This document shows, piece after piece, positions 41,601 through 55,164 of a DNA stretch of 64,000 nucleotides. Positions within the stretch are counted from its first letter, which is position 1. Each line of letters begins with the position of its first letter. Made by a program: the position numbers and the translations under genes. The DNA comes from Ophelia neglecta (lineage: Eukaryota): the NCBI GenBank assembly GCA_965285935.1, contig OZ260665.1, positions 52,018,001-52,082,000 of the forward strand, given 5' to 3'. The notes beneath the pieces are model-generated. The model saw only the letters and a program-made list of their open reading frames with translations. It had not been told where the DNA came from and searched no databases.

Positions 41601-42752
41601 GATAAATGAGCGGAAAGACATGCCCAGGCCTATATATCCAGACAACTTTTCATTTACCGAAAAACTGTTTCAAATCTCAGGCGTACGCTGACATATACGG
41701 CAACACGTACGTTTTCTTCACAGACACATATTTGAAATTTAAGTATGCTATCGATTAAAAAAACCGAATTTACCTCCTATATTTAGAAAAGCAGTTGAGC
41801 AATTCATCCTAACAATCACAGCAAAAGGCAAAAAAAAAAAATTACTATGCGAACAACCCACTCTTCGTGCTCATGATTAAAATGAAAATTCTCCACTGAA
41901 AAAATTCGCGTTCATACGAGAAGTTGGCTTTACTTGTTTGATGGGTTTGTTTATTATTGCTTAACACGTTAGAGGCAGCGTTTTCAACTTGATCATCTTC
42001 CCTGGCTAGAACAAATTGTGCTCGTTTGTGTACAGTGAGAAATATTAGCTTGAATATTAATTAATGTTGTTTATTCAGCAAAGAAAATGTGCCTCTGACC
42101 TTTGAATTCCGGTGTCTGCATTGATATAAGTGCTCTTATAATAACCAACGATGCCATTTACAAGAGAACCTTGGAACTCCAGCTCCAGCTTGACCTTGAT
42201 TCCCTGTACCATCGGTGCTTTTGTCTGGACCACCCAGAACTGATTGGGGTCATACGGGAAAACCTGCTCTGTCTCCAGGGTCGTCCCATCCTCAGCCTTC
42301 ACTTCGGTTTTGGTAATGTTCATCAACTTGTAATGTACTATTAGGAAATTGGTTGTCTCCAGAATCTCAATGGTAATAGTCTCATGCCCATAAAATATCC
42401 CTGCGTCGAAATAAAAGTCCGGATAGAACCACATTTCAAAGTGAGTTGGATTAAGATTTGTAGGGAGGAAGGGATCAAGCCACGGTTGTTCTTCTGTCTG
42501 TCTAAGCTGTGCTGCATTCAGCCTTGGCTTGGCTTGTTCAGCTTGATTGTCATCCAGCACAGGTCCAGACTCCATATTTTCATAGAAACTGCGTTCTCCG
42601 TCGGGTACTTCCGGGTTGCCTTCCCCGTGGAGGTCGGCCTTGCGTTCCGGGATAAGACCGGCCATCAGCCCAACTGACAGCACAATCATCACAAACAGCA
42701 CCAATATAAATATCCCGAGTCGAGAGCTCACGTAAAATCCACGTTGCAACAT
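29695..42752 (-). CDS. M1 family zinc aminopeptidase, glutamyl aminopeptidase/aminopeptidase N-like, type II membrane-anchored (gene B), 19 coding exons with a duplicated exon 6, 971 aa
   Basis: Exons 42752-42100, 37874-37733, 37191-37060, 35934-35814, 35074-34920, [34518-34405 or 34333-34220], 33408-33274, 32792-32727, 32566-32501, 32376-32201, 32070-31994, 31886-31756, 31525-31322, 31190-31117, 30986-30885, 30759-30580, 30420-30280, 30075-29994, 29859-29695. Total 2916 nt with one exon 6. Intron phases match gene A. Motifs: [30 protein letters not shown]-x18-[11 protein letters not shown]-terminal anchor [23 protein letters not shown] followed by an acidic stalk. Confidence 0.93.
32940..33170 (+). 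repeat. Degenerate HINE-like repeat remnant with GT and poly-G microsatellite
   Basis: GTGT/GTCT microsatellite and poly-G followed by ...ACCGATTATTGTGAAACTTGGCACAATGAT..., wording typical of HINE internal repeats. Confidence 0.35.
34220..34333 (-). CDS. Gene B exon 6b (alternative active-site exon)
   Basis: ttttcag|114 nt|gtatgc, phase 0-0, encodes [38 protein letters not shown]. Confidence 0.85.
34405..34518 (-). CDS. Gene B exon 6a (alternative active-site exon)
   Basis: ttttcag|114 nt|gtacga, phase 0-0, encodes [38 protein letters not shown]. Confidence 0.85.
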
Positions 42753-43504
42753 TTTGGATTCCTGAATGGTTCCTGCTGCTCAGCTGAGCTGCTCAACAAG
42801 ACTTATTGTCTTTGTATATCCTAATCAAAAAGTATCCAACTTTTTATCCGCTCAGCGGCAATTCACCATCGGTTTGATTCACGTGTTGCGCTGAGTTTAC
42901 TGCGATGTTAACGTTAATGATTCGCTAAACAACATAGGCCTAACACCACAGGAGAGCGATTCTCTTTTCGTTAAGAAAAGACCTGTCAGCAGAAAGCAAT
43001 TGTTTCAAATATATCTATGGCCGTGTTTTGGCTCAGCTCTTTCCGCAAATGTAGCGTAAACAGTCTAGCTTCCGATCTTCGTTCTCGTGAAACAAGAGTT
43101 AATTGTTATGGGGCCAGAATGCCGCTGGTAATCGTAGCCCGCGTTTGTCGACGCCCATCAGCCAAGTCCCAGTCGACACCGTGCAGTACCGCCAGTGCTA
43201 CTATCTCCGTCTGTCAAACTTGAGCAAACGTGGCCATTAATCCTTGCAATTTATCTCGTGTTTCGCAGCGCAGATAGAATGGCTTATCAGTGAGTGTATT
43301 TGTGATTTAGGCGATCAGCAAACAGATAAGAAGCAGCCGATGTTGTCTCTCCACGCCGGTGCGGCTGACTTCTGTCGAGTCGCCTCGGCTTTTGATCGTT
43401 CGTCGTGAATATCGAACGGGCCCAGGTATGGGGGGGGGATAAGCGTGGATTTATATGCCATTTCAATTTGATTAGCTGATTCCATACACCTTGAACGTGA
43501 ATGT

Positions 43505-43650
43505 AAAATGACTTGCTTAGTTCAGTTTGACTTGGGGGCGAAAGCTTCAATTTGACTTGGAGTAACTACAGTTTGTTCGGGGGTAACTTCAGTTTGACTA
43601 AAGTTGAGCAACTTCGATTTAACCTGACGGGTAAATGCAGTTTAAGCGGA
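43505..43650. repeat. Degenerate ~21-25 bp minisatellite (AACTTCAGTTTGAC core)
   Basis: About 6-7 imperfect copies of AACTTCAGTTTGAC(T)(G)n upstream of gene B. Confidence 0.5.
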
Positions 43651-46600
43651 AACGTTGTAATATCGTGAATTAAATACTTAAGTCACTTAAGAAACTACAA
43701 TTCGCCTTCATCTGTATATCATACTGGTACCCCTCTGTATGTGCTAATTTTGTCCAGGTATACATGACCAAAGCATTTTTGTGTGTGAAAATGATTCTTT
43801 CGATTCTATTCAAAAGTCAAGCTATAAATCACATGGTCAATATTGCTGCGTGGTCTATGCTGAATTTGAAAGTATACTGTAATGTTTTCTTTTTACCAAA
43901 CCAACATGGCGATAATTAAATTTTTCACCACTGTCACCTAACAGGCCTATCGTTTACCAAATGTTATAATATCCCCTGATAGTATTTGGATGGAGAAGAC
44001 CCCCCCCCCCCCTACTTTCTCCCCCACAAACAACTTTATACTGCTAAGACCACAAAACATATAAAGGCCAATCTTGAAGGGGGCAATATAGTTTTACGCA
44101 AAGCGTACACATGCAAATTATCAACTCCTTGAGAGGCCAGGGTTATTTTTGGAGCGGGATTTCCTTGTAACAGCTTATATATTTACGAGGTTATAAATTT
44201 TGGTCGAATGGCGAGTGCAAGAGGCAAGGCAAGTGGCGTGTATACAGAAGGCGAGTAATTAATGAGTTTCAAGCGCGAAATTTCAAGTGCCCTCCTTGTG
44301 GCTGCAGTAGAGTTACACGAGAGAAGTTTGCGCCGCCACATGCTGCAGGTTTGTTATTTAATGTTTGTTATTCTATTTGTGAAAAAAGCCGATATTACAA
44401 TGCTTTGAATCACGTTAATAATTTGGTAAATGTATACTATTTCTCAAGAAGGGAGTCTTGAATGTGGCCAGCATTTATAAATGTTCGCAGTGTGGAAAGG
44501 AATGTAAAACACCCTTCAAATCTTTCATATTCATTGTTTTCTTTTATTGAGGATGCCGACCATTTGTTATTTTGTGATACATTCATATAAGGGATGGCTT
44601 TGGCATTGGGACTTCTTGAAACAAAGTGCCAAAAATTAAAGGGTGAATATTTATATGTTTTTTTATTAACAATGTGCCCATCAAATATGATATAAAAATG
44701 TGTTCACTGACGAAAGGCTTATTTTATGGACTGGTGTCAAAACAAACATTGCTGCAAGCGATATTGTTCTATATATCGTCTAGCCTGAAAAATTTGAACG
44801 CTCAACCTTTTCAATTTGGCAGGAAGTACACTCTCAGTGCAATCAGAGAATTAACAGTAATTTTCGGGCCGGATTTAGTTTAGGCCTCCGGTTGACATTC
44901 ACACTATTCATGCAGACCTGTAGGGCTAAATGATGCACAAAAAGTCCTTATCCCAAGTGGATTTATGGTGACGTTGTGCGCTGACAAAAGGATGTGTGCA
45001 ATTACCTTTAGTGCGAAAGAAAGTGCTTTCTTCGCAGAATAAAAGGAAAGCCCGAATTTAAGCTGAGCGGTACCAAAAGAATCAATATCCCCGTCATTAG
45101 GCTTAAAAAAATTGTTAATATTCTCGTCAAAACTTTTCTCTATGCGGGCGGTTTTTTATTTTAAATTTAAGTTTGACCTTGTCCTTTTATGTTATAAGGC
45201 CTTTCACTAAATTTCCTGTTTTATCTTATGAAAAGAAAAATTTGGCTCTATTTATATGATTCAGGACATTCCGCTAGTTACTTCTACTTACATGGTTAAC
45301 TTGAGAGATGCACCACGGGAAATTTATAAAGTCAATACTTGCTATAGAAGGGCCATTTTTCTACGACACGTTTTAGTCTACATGACATTGTACAGGCGGT
45401 TACCTCACAGGTGTTGTGGGTCACAAAGTGTGCCGCCAAGCGTAAATATTATGCCAATGCGGCAGTCGTATTCCCAGACAGAGGACAAAAACCGGGATAT
45501 GCTGTATGATACCGGATTATTGTAATCTCCTGAATCGTAAAAAATAATGTAAGTTAAACACAATTTATTCACCACTTATAACCTTCACATTCTGTTGGTA
45601 ATGTATCGAACAATGTACGGATAAAAAAGGCCCGGAATAATATATGAATGAAATGCTGCGTCGTCGGTGATATTTAAGATGATATAGTATCGCCCTTGAT
45701 CCTTGCTGATCGCCCACGCCTGGAACCACTAAACTAAGGGCCTCAATTGGAGTTGGGTTGTTCCAGCCCACACGATGCATCCATTCTCTATATTTTGTGG
45801 CATCGCTCTACCGGCCCTTTGTTAAAAGGAGCAAGGAGCATAATAACAAAAGTGCCATTTTCCCAATGCAATGTCTGTCTGCCACCCTACCTGCCAACAA
45901 ACTGCCGTCATGGCCTGGTTTTAATGACATTGCTTCCCTTTTGCACCGTTATTTTGCTTATTTAATTCGTAAGTTTTCAAAGTTTTCCTTTCTTATAGGT
46001 TTAAATTGGAAAATGGACAGATACAAATTATTGGCATAAATAATACATGAGAAACCATATTGTTCATGTATGTCTAAAATACAATAGATGGATTTAGAAT
46101 CACAAAATCTATTGGGGAACACTTTCTTGTGAATAACCTCTATGCAAGCAACAATGAGTAGGCCTACACACACACATTTCATGGGGAAAAAAGCCCAGCT
46201 TGTGTGGAAACAGCCCCAGTCCAATTGTCTTGTATGTATGCAAAATTCTTGCAAATATGCAAGAAAGTAGCCATGTTGGCAAACAAGTAAGAAAATGACT
46301 AAGGTAGAAATGATCATGCAAGAACATTTTCTTGTTATGAATCAAGGCAATCCTCAGCATTTAAGCAAAGCCAGCACTCCTCAGCAATGACCAGTCAAGG
46401 GCCAGTCAAAGGAATGATATTTTTCAAAATGATGCTACCATCAGCCCCCAGTCACCTATTTTCAGTAAGAAATTTTGCATAAAAAACATCATGGTCTGGA
46501 CTTATTTTATGACATGCTTGGCTGTAAATAAGAGAACAGCAATGCATGTGGTTTATCAGTAGAGATTAAGCAATAATTTGGAAAGAATGAAGCCTCTTTT

Positions 46601-46825
46601 TTCTATATTTTTGCTGTTTTTTTCTTCTTCAGGCAGTCAGTTTATGTTGTGTGATCTGTCATTACAAGCCCTAAATTTCCTTTTATTACCACTTACACCA
46701 TATACATATTAGCCTTATACATATTATGCATGCCCTGGAGCCAATGGCCGAGGAGCATGCTTTTTAAAAGTTGTCACTAGCTTGGTGTGTCTCAGGTGCT
46801 GTTTTCTTTACTACTTTGACAGTAC

Positions 46826-47580
46826 AATGGCGGACGACTTAAAGCGTCATTTTCACTTTTAAAATTTCATTAACGAACAGGGGGCCCTTCTTCAAATCTA
46901 TAATTATTAAAGAAAAGAATGAGTCCGAGCATAAGTTGTCCAAATGTCTTAATAATGTTCATTGACCTCCAGTGATTTGCAGTGTTTGTGTTATCTGATT
47001 ACAAAATATAACACAATACTGTAATCCTTGTAGGTGTTATATGAGTAAATGTTAACTATACAATTTGAGTGGCAAGCTCACATACTCAAGTGACATGCAG
47101 TAGTTGTATCATGATTTACAATGAATCTAAGCTCTGAATACATGATGCATATCAATGAAGTTTACATGAATCTATAGGTAATGTCTTTATGTCATATATT
47201 TAAAATACATGAAGAGTTCAACAACAAAAAGTCATTTACCATGCACCATAAAGTGTTATATACCAAAAAATATATTATATATCCAAGAACTAAGTTTCTA
47301 AATAAAGATGAGGGGGGGGAGGGGGAGGGACAAATTATTTTTAATTTTATATATACCTAAAAATCATATGCCTGATCTCCTAACCTTGTTTATTTTATAA
47401 CAATACATTTACATGTCAATAAAATGTCACTTGAGGGGCCTGCCTTGCATTTCAAGCATATGTCAAAGAATGAAGGGCTGGGGGGGGGGGGATGGGGGAA
47501 GGCATATTATATCTATTTGCATTACATACCTACACATCAGATACATGAACTCAGAGCTTAGTTTACACCAGGTCTCACTC
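46826..47580 (+). repeat. Dispersed direct repeat, copy 1 (copy 2 is fragmented at 61724-63630)
   Basis: 46826-46948 matches 61724-61845; 46958-47165 matches 62755-62958; ~47340-47390 and 47500-47580 match ~63045-63095, ~63360-63435 and ~63560-63630. Confidence 0.8.
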
Positions 47581-48068
47581 GGCACCCGAGGGACGGGGGG
47601 GGGGGGGGGGGGGGTTACCGATACATATACTGCTATATGTGCCCTGCCAACTTCAAAATATAGGCGCAAACTGTACATTGTCACCCAAAATGTAGAGGTC
47701 CGCAACTCTACATTGAAGCTAATTATGGGGGTCAAAGCTCTTCATTTAAACAGTTTATAGTAGAGGCCCTACTGCATTTTAGCACATTTTGGGTTATCCC
47801 ATTCCGGAAAATGTATGGAACCCTGTCTGGTAGCGAATTTAACTCAAACAGATGAGGAAAATAAGGTCAAAGCACTACATTTTTTTTCAAAAAGTCAGGG
47901 TCACAACTCTAAATCGAATATTATTCCCAAAGAAGTGGGTCAAAGCTCTACATCATATGCCAAAAAAAGGGGGGTCAATACCACGCCGTGGCAACGGTGT
48001 ACTCACCAAGATATTGGGAGTTGCTTTGTTATAATTTGGTGTTAAAAGTCCTAATATTACATTTCAGG

Positions 48069-48401
48069 AGGTGCTGAGCTTGTCATACCCTTATACAGCA
48101 TGGATGACTTCAGATATCACTATCGCATCAAGGGGGGGAATTTGAGCAGGTCTTGAATGCTCTTGGACCACATCTATTTTGTGACTTCTCTGGAGGACAG
48201 GAGCAAATTCAGCCTGAGACACAACTACTCGTATTTGTGTGGTACATGAGTACACAAGAAAGTATGCGGGAAATTGCACAGACATTTGGGTTGGCCAAGT
48301 CAACAACACATGGAATTTTATACAGTTTTGAAGAGCATGTGTTCACACCTCTCCCGTTAATGGCTTGTTGGGGGATTAATCAGACCATGACCAAATATTA
48401 A
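48069..48401 (+). pseudogene. PIF/Harbinger (HARBI1-like) transposase N-terminal fragment
   Basis: IPLYSMDDFRYHYRI, then a frameshift, then FEQVLNALGPHL...IQPETQLLVFVWYMSTQESMREIAQTFGLAKSTTHGI. This matches the F-x3-FR and helix-turn-helix region of Harbinger transposases. No DDE domain follows. Confidence 0.75.
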
Positions 48402-49899
48402 ATGGCTGTCAAGGTGGCATTTCAATTTACCTGAAAGGTATGTTAACTTTTGCTTGATTCAATGTTTCTTATTGTTTTTTTTATCGACAAGTGGCCTGAG
48501 AAAACTTCGGGCTGGAAACGGCACGAGTTGGTAACGATGGCCGGGCTTTAAAACCAACAAACTCTATCTGCATGATCCGAGTATCAACATTGTAATTTGA
48601 AAGACGATATATGTATATACATGTACACTAGATGTACACCAATCAGCATGTGTTACAGGTTTCAGACTACTGAAGGAGTAGTATTCATAGCAGAAATATG
48701 GCCGTTATTACCTGCTCACATTGGCTGATGTTATTTACTCCTCCAAGTTACATTATTATATAACAAGTTCTCTAGAAAATAACTCAGACAACCCAGGTAT
48801 AACGATCATGTTGATGGCCAAATATCAATGTTGATGCTTGTGGACACATGTCCTGTGTTACATACGTTAGTTAAGACAGCAGACATACAGCCTTTTTTTA
48901 AAAACACAGTACCAGTATGAGGCTATGTATGAAGGAAACTAGTTTTAAAATGTACCCATTTAGTGTATTAAGGAAGGGGGAGGGGCTCGTGCAAATCTTT
49001 ACAGTTTGAGGGAGAAATTTTTATGACCTTCCTGGTCATGACTGCAGCCATTCTGTGAGTGTCCTTTGTTATCACAGACTCCGCAGATAACCCCCACCCC
49101 ATCCCCTGCCCCAACCCCATCCTCTCTATAGGGTTAAATTCTTTTCCTGGCAGTAATTCAGATAGCTGTCTTTCTTTTGACGAGACAGTTTGTTTTAATG
49201 TATTTAATGGATCATTTTTCAGGAAATAAATAAAAAAGTTGTTAATTTTTTGTAAAAAGAAAAACAACACTTCCTGTTGGAAATCAAATGAACAACTAAA
49301 CTGCAGATAAAATGTAAAACCTTTGCTATTTTAAAGGCACTTTTTTACAAACTTATAATTTAAAAAATTATAGAAATATGCTTAATCTGAGATACAAGAA
49401 AATATAGATTCTTATATCCCAGATTTAATGCAAGGAGAATGAATCAGGATTATTGAGGGAAGACCCAAAAATGTTAAATGTTTCATAACCTTATCCGTAA
49501 TGTATTAATTTTGATGGATGATTAAGATTTTATAACTCCCCCCTCCCCAAACCCCGCTATAGGATGGTGTCACCATTTCAAACCCCTCCATAAGGTGTAG
49601 ATGGGTCCCCTGAAATAGGGCCCTCAACCCTGTCTTTACCCTAAAAGCAGCAGCGCTTGCATTTATAGTTACAATTGTATGGTATTTTCTAGCTATGTTA
49701 TCCTGTATCAACTAGGTAGTTGTGTAAAACAGAGGAGGGCCTACATATAGAAAATCAGTAACATTTCAGTGGGCTATGTGACCACATTCTATTGCTTATG
49801 TATATCTTAATATTTTACCGGCCCAAATGGGTCAGTGGGTAAAGCATTCTATCTCTTACATGCATGTGCACATTTTTTCTTCTTTCTAAACTAATTACT

Positions 49900-50520
49900 T
49901 ACGGAATTGTTTTTTGGCTAAGTACAAACCAACTTACTTTAAATGTCAGCAAAACTCATTATAGGATATTCAGAAGCAAAGGAGCTAACATTAAACATAA
50001 TATTGACCTTGTTATTACAGGTCAAAAAATCGAAATAGTCACCTCGACAAAATTTCTGGGGGTTATGCTACATGGCGGTCTTAACTGGAGGGAACCTACT
50101 CGTTCAATTGATGGGAAAATATCTAGGGGGGTGCCTGCAAAATGTATATTGATCCATTGTTTATTGTTCAAAAGAGAGTGTTTGTTTAATTTGTGGGAAA
50201 GGGAAATATTCCCACTCAGCCCCTTAATTCATAGAGAAAAATTTATTGTCTATTGATTTTATATATCAATACAAATTACAAACGTTGTTATTTAAACTCA
50301 TGAATGGACCCTTACCAACAGTGGTGAAAAATTTATTTAGGTTTAATTACGAAAATTCCCAATTATAAAACTAGACATTCTAATGATCTGCACCTACCCA
50401 TTGTAAAAACTAATCTTATGAAGCATAGCATCATCTACGGATGTATCACATCGCCCAATGATGTCAAAGAGTCAACTACATTTAACTGTTTGAATTATAT
50501 GTTCAAAAACTCTATTTAAA
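49900..50520 (+). mobile_element. Decayed L2/Crack/CR1-type LINE, RT C-terminal region
   Basis: WLSTNQLTLNVSKTHYRIF...KIEIVTSTKFLGVML...LNW...GKISRG, and downstream YKTRHSNDLHLPIVKTNL. Confidence 0.75.
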
Positions 50521-50644
50521 ATCTATTTCACCACTCAACATAATTTTTTAAAAATTAAAAAATCTGATTTACCAATTATTCCAGCATTTCCTTTCATGTG
50601 TCAATTGTACATATTTGCACTTGCAGGCTTCTCGAATTATAATT

Positions 50645-51800
50645 TCATTATTGTATCCGCGAAATGCAGATATTATGGAATCAGTAGCAGAGTTTAGTCG
50701 TTAACGCAGTAACTCGAAAATTTGACACAGCCATACCCCTTATTGAGAGGAGGAACTGATTAGATTCTAGTGAAATAATTATTAATTAGTTAAAAGAATC
50801 ATTTAATTATGTCAGAAACGCATTTTGTGCAATGACACAGAAAAATCTAATACATCTTTTTCAAATTTGCCACAGCCATAGACCTTATTGAGAGAAAGAA
50901 CTGGATTTATTCTGGTGAATTTCGGATAATTATTAATTAGTTAAAATTATTAATTTATTATGTCAAAAACACATTTTCTATCAATTATTCAAAAGTATAG
51001 ATGATATTGTATCATGATTTATGTAATAACTACATACAGTCTGTGTAATAAGTTCACTAGTTAACTTTATTATTGACCTGAAAAATATTAGTTAAGGTTG
51101 TTTTGCATCATTATTGAGGTCATATGGAAACCAGCTTTATGAATGACCTGCATTATTATTGAGGTCATATAGAGTAATAAATTAACTAGTACTGTGTAAT
51201 GAGTTAACAAGCTAACTTTATTAATGACCTGAAAAAATTAGTTAAGGTCGTTTGACATTTTTATTGAGGTCATATGGAACCTATAACAATCGGTGTACTA
51301 AGTTAACTAGTTTACTCTATTAATGACCTGAAAAAAATAAGTTACGGTCATTTTGCATTATTATTGAGGTCTTATGGAACCTACTAATAAGTAAACAAAA
51401 AAAAAAAAACATTTTCTATCAAATATTCGAAAGTATAGATGATATTGGCTTGAAGTTTTGTGTCATGATTCATGTAATAACTATATACAATCTATGTAAT
51501 AAGTTAACTTTATTAATGACCTGAAAAAAATTAGTTAAGGTTGTTTTGCATTATTATTGAGGTCATATGGAACCATTTTTATGAATGACCTGCATAATAA
51601 TTGAGGTCATATAGAACCTACAACAATCAGTGTAATAAGTTAACTAGTACTGTGTAATGAGTTTACTAGTTAACTTTATTAATGACCTGAAAAATTTAGT
51701 TAAGGTCATTTTGCATTATTATTGAGGTCTTATTGAACCTACTAATAAGTTAACTAGTTAACTTTATTAATGACCTGAAAAAAAATTACTTAAGGTCAAT
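50645..51800 (+). mobile_element. Helentron-type (HINE-like) element with complex internal tandem repeats, 5' portion
   Basis: Starts with a TATCCGCGAAATGC subterminal motif and hairpin. The internal array is built from TTAACTTTATTAATGACCTGAAAAAATTAGTTAAGGTC...ATTATTGAGGTCATATGGAACC units. Confidence 0.6.
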
Positions 51801-53755
51801 TTCATTCACTATACATGTACTATATCAGTAGCAATAATTTTTTTTTAAAGACCCATATTAGCAGAGTCTGCTTCTCGATGTCATTTTTTTTATATGTATG
51901 TAATATCTCTAGCAATCATGTTTATTTTTCCTGTAATTGCTCTTAGGAGACTTTTCCCTACAAGCAAACACTACTGTATACATCTAGCATTGAAAATTAA
52001 TTGTTACATTTGTAGGTGAACAGACTTTTCTAAGGGTGAAATCATGGCAAAGGTGCCAATTTTTTATAATAGCAGATGTGTTCTGTTCAAAAAATATTCT
52101 TAGTAACAGTAGCTTGCTGCTAGTCAGTATTTGTATTTCATAACTAATATTTAAGCTATATTTATTAAAATTGACCTAATACAACAAACTGTAAACTGAC
52201 TCAATATTGCAACAGATGCACACCAGATTTATGTGCCTACTGCCTAGGTATAAAAGTCTTCTCTATAATGTCCAGGTGTCTTACCTGCTGTGGTGTTAAG
52301 ATATTTGGAGAAACATTGCATTAAATTAGTGTATTACTGCTACATTAGGGGCCTTACTGCTACATTTACGTTAGAACCATTATGTTTCCTGAGCACTTCA
52401 TTCCCTTGTTTTGCTAGGAGGCCCCAAAACATGAATTCTAAATTCTTTCATTATAAGGACCACACAGATACAAAACTTATGAAGTTCTTGTTATGAAATT
52501 CATATTTTAGGGAGCCTTTTATGTCAAAAGTGTACTGTGACCTATCTCTGATAATGCCATCTGCAGAATTAACATTTTATTTCTTAAAGTTATGTAGTTA
52601 ATCAGATTAAGATTGTTGTGGTTTTTAAAATAATTATATAATTTAGAATTTCATTATCTCTTAAAGTAATACTTTAATCCAGCATACTGTACAACTGACA
52701 TTAGAAAAACAATCGATTAACTATTCAAAACTGATATTTCTTGATATTCTTGCATTTGTACTTTCATTAAGTAACTAACTGCATTGATTAATCTTAATTA
52801 TAGCAATTACATGTTTCCATATGTTTGAAACAGATTATCCTTATGGTATTTTCGTCCTTTAATACTGTACTGTTCCAAGGTCAGGGTCATTCTGTATAAT
52901 TTCTAAGTGAGATGTGGCCTTATATCTTAGGATTACTTCAAAACAGTCATTACGTAACAAAATTTTTGTTTCTGCCATTGCCAAATTAAGGCTCTAAATC
53001 TCCCCTCCCCTCTCCTTCCCCTCTCCTTTCCCATCCCCTTCCCCATCCTCACTCACTTGATATCACACTGAATTCCCCTTATTCTGTAAGTGTTCAATAG
53101 TTATAACTGATCAATCCATTCACAAGGAAATGAATGATGACATTTATCTGTATCCCAACATGTGCCTTTATTGTTTATGGTTGGACTTACTTTTCTATAT
53201 CAGTTTGATGGCTTTGGTTATTTTATGTACATAGCGTGCAAAGAATGCGTGAAATTTGTCAATGCTATATGCAATAAAATAGAAGAACCAAACAATGGAA
53301 TTTCCATTGTTTAAACTTAGTCAGCTGTTTTCAGCAGGGTTCCAGGTTGTCAAGCACTGAAAAAATCTTTGGGACTAACAAGTTTGAGCATTGATATACA
53401 TACTGTTACCTTGGTAAATGAATTGTTAGGTCATTTTACTTTACCAAATAATTAAGGTAAACAGTTATGTAGTAGTTCTACCTACATATAGAAAACAAGT
53501 TGGTCTAGATAGTATAAGAAACTTAATTCACCGTTGTGTACTTGATATCTAAGAGACAGAGTCCTAGTCAGTCAGTCAATAATCAAATTATTTGTCAACT
53601 TAAGCTTTTATTGCATTATTTTTATTGTATTACTGTCATTTTTCTTTTGTTTCCAAGGGTCTAATTGTCACTACATGGGGAAGTTGCCCCAGCCAACCAG
53701 ACTCCAGTATTTTTTTTCTTTAATTGCAATATATTTTATTGTATTATTGTACTAC

Positions 53756-54078
53756 CTCAATTTGGGGTGGGGGTGGGGCGGTGGGGGGTGGTGTCATTCC
53801 AGAGCATCTGGCGGGCAAAATCCACCACTCAAAATTTCTGGCAGTGACCATTCAGGACACCTAGGACTATACTGAACATTTTTCACCTGGTTTCATCTGG
53901 TTTCCTCACAAGCCAGTCTAGCTCAATTTTGGGGGGTAGGGTCATTCCAGGGTGTCTGGCGGGCACAATCCACCACTAAAAATGTCTGGCAGTGTTCATT
54001 CATGACACCTGGGACTATGCTGAACATTTTTCACTTGGTTTCATTTAGTTACCTCACAAGCCGGTCTTGCCCTATTTG
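53756..54078. repeat. Tandem duplication, period ~148 bp, 2 copies
   Basis: GTCATTCCAG...CTGGCGGGCA.AATCCACCACT...CCTCACAAGCC starts at 53793 and 53941, each preceded by a G-rich tract. Confidence 0.85.
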
Positions 54079-55164
54079 TGGGACCCTTTGTTAGGTCCCT
54101 CTCATCCACACCCACCAGAATGAGCCCGCCAGACGTCCATTTCCTTAAATGGGTATCCACATGGAGCTTTGCTATATAAATGAAAATTGGTTACCTTTCC
54201 AGCTACCCTGACCCTTACGGGCTCCTGCTCTAAACAGCTAGGGTTAAAAATAGAAACTGACCCCTTTTCTCCACCCTTGCTGCTACCTTGCGGGAGTGCT
54301 TAATTAATGCTTAATTAAAGCTTCTTCAAGGGGGAATTGGCTTTGCCATAGTCTCATATTCCTGTAGCTGTCTTATGCTTGGTCAGTCACTATTGTTATT
54401 TAATTCTACTGATTGACAATGATTTATTTGCAATATTAGCTAATATATGCAGTACAATACTATGGTCAAGATGCATCCATATATAAATGTGTGTGTTTTA
54501 TTTACAGGTTGTTGGAGTAAACTTTATGGATGACTTGTCACCATCATTTACAGCTGCAGATGGTAAGTATTATTGTTTTGAATTTGACATAGTGCCGGAC
54601 TTGCATATTACACTTCATAAATATTCAATATTCAATGCCTCAAAAGTGCGTTCGGGACACTAACAAGTTTTTTTTTATGTGTCCTAATCTTATCTTAGAG
54701 CCACAAAAACATACAGTCAGTCAGCCAGTAGCAACTGTAACTAGTGCTATGTGTTAAATACAGTGTCCAAAGACCCTCAATGTGCTTTTGCATAGGAAGT
54801 GTAGATCTCAGAAGACCCACTACACATAGTGCCCTGAATATAAATCATAAATACCTGATGAAATGAAATTTAAATTTTCTTGTATAAGGCCCCCTTTACA
54901 TATCTTTGGATAAGTGCCCCCTGCTTCCTCATTCCCCTCTTTTTGGCTACACTCCTAAGTTGTAATTCTAATATGTCCAGTGAAATATAATTAATTGGAT
55001 ATAATTACACTTATACTATGCTTCAGCTTAATTTGATGCTCTCCACAAGCTTCAAATTATCAGAAGAATCTCAAATTATCAATAAAGATAATATATTCAT
55101 CCCAGCTTATACTAAGTAAGGAACCAGTCTAAAACTGGCCAATGCTGTTGGGGGGGGGGGCAAC

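Noticed and set aside
48490-48565. CTGAGAA...TTCGG...GAAAC, possible degenerate Penelope-type hammerhead or SINE tail
   Set aside because: The core is not CUGANGA and the stems do not close; too short to classify.
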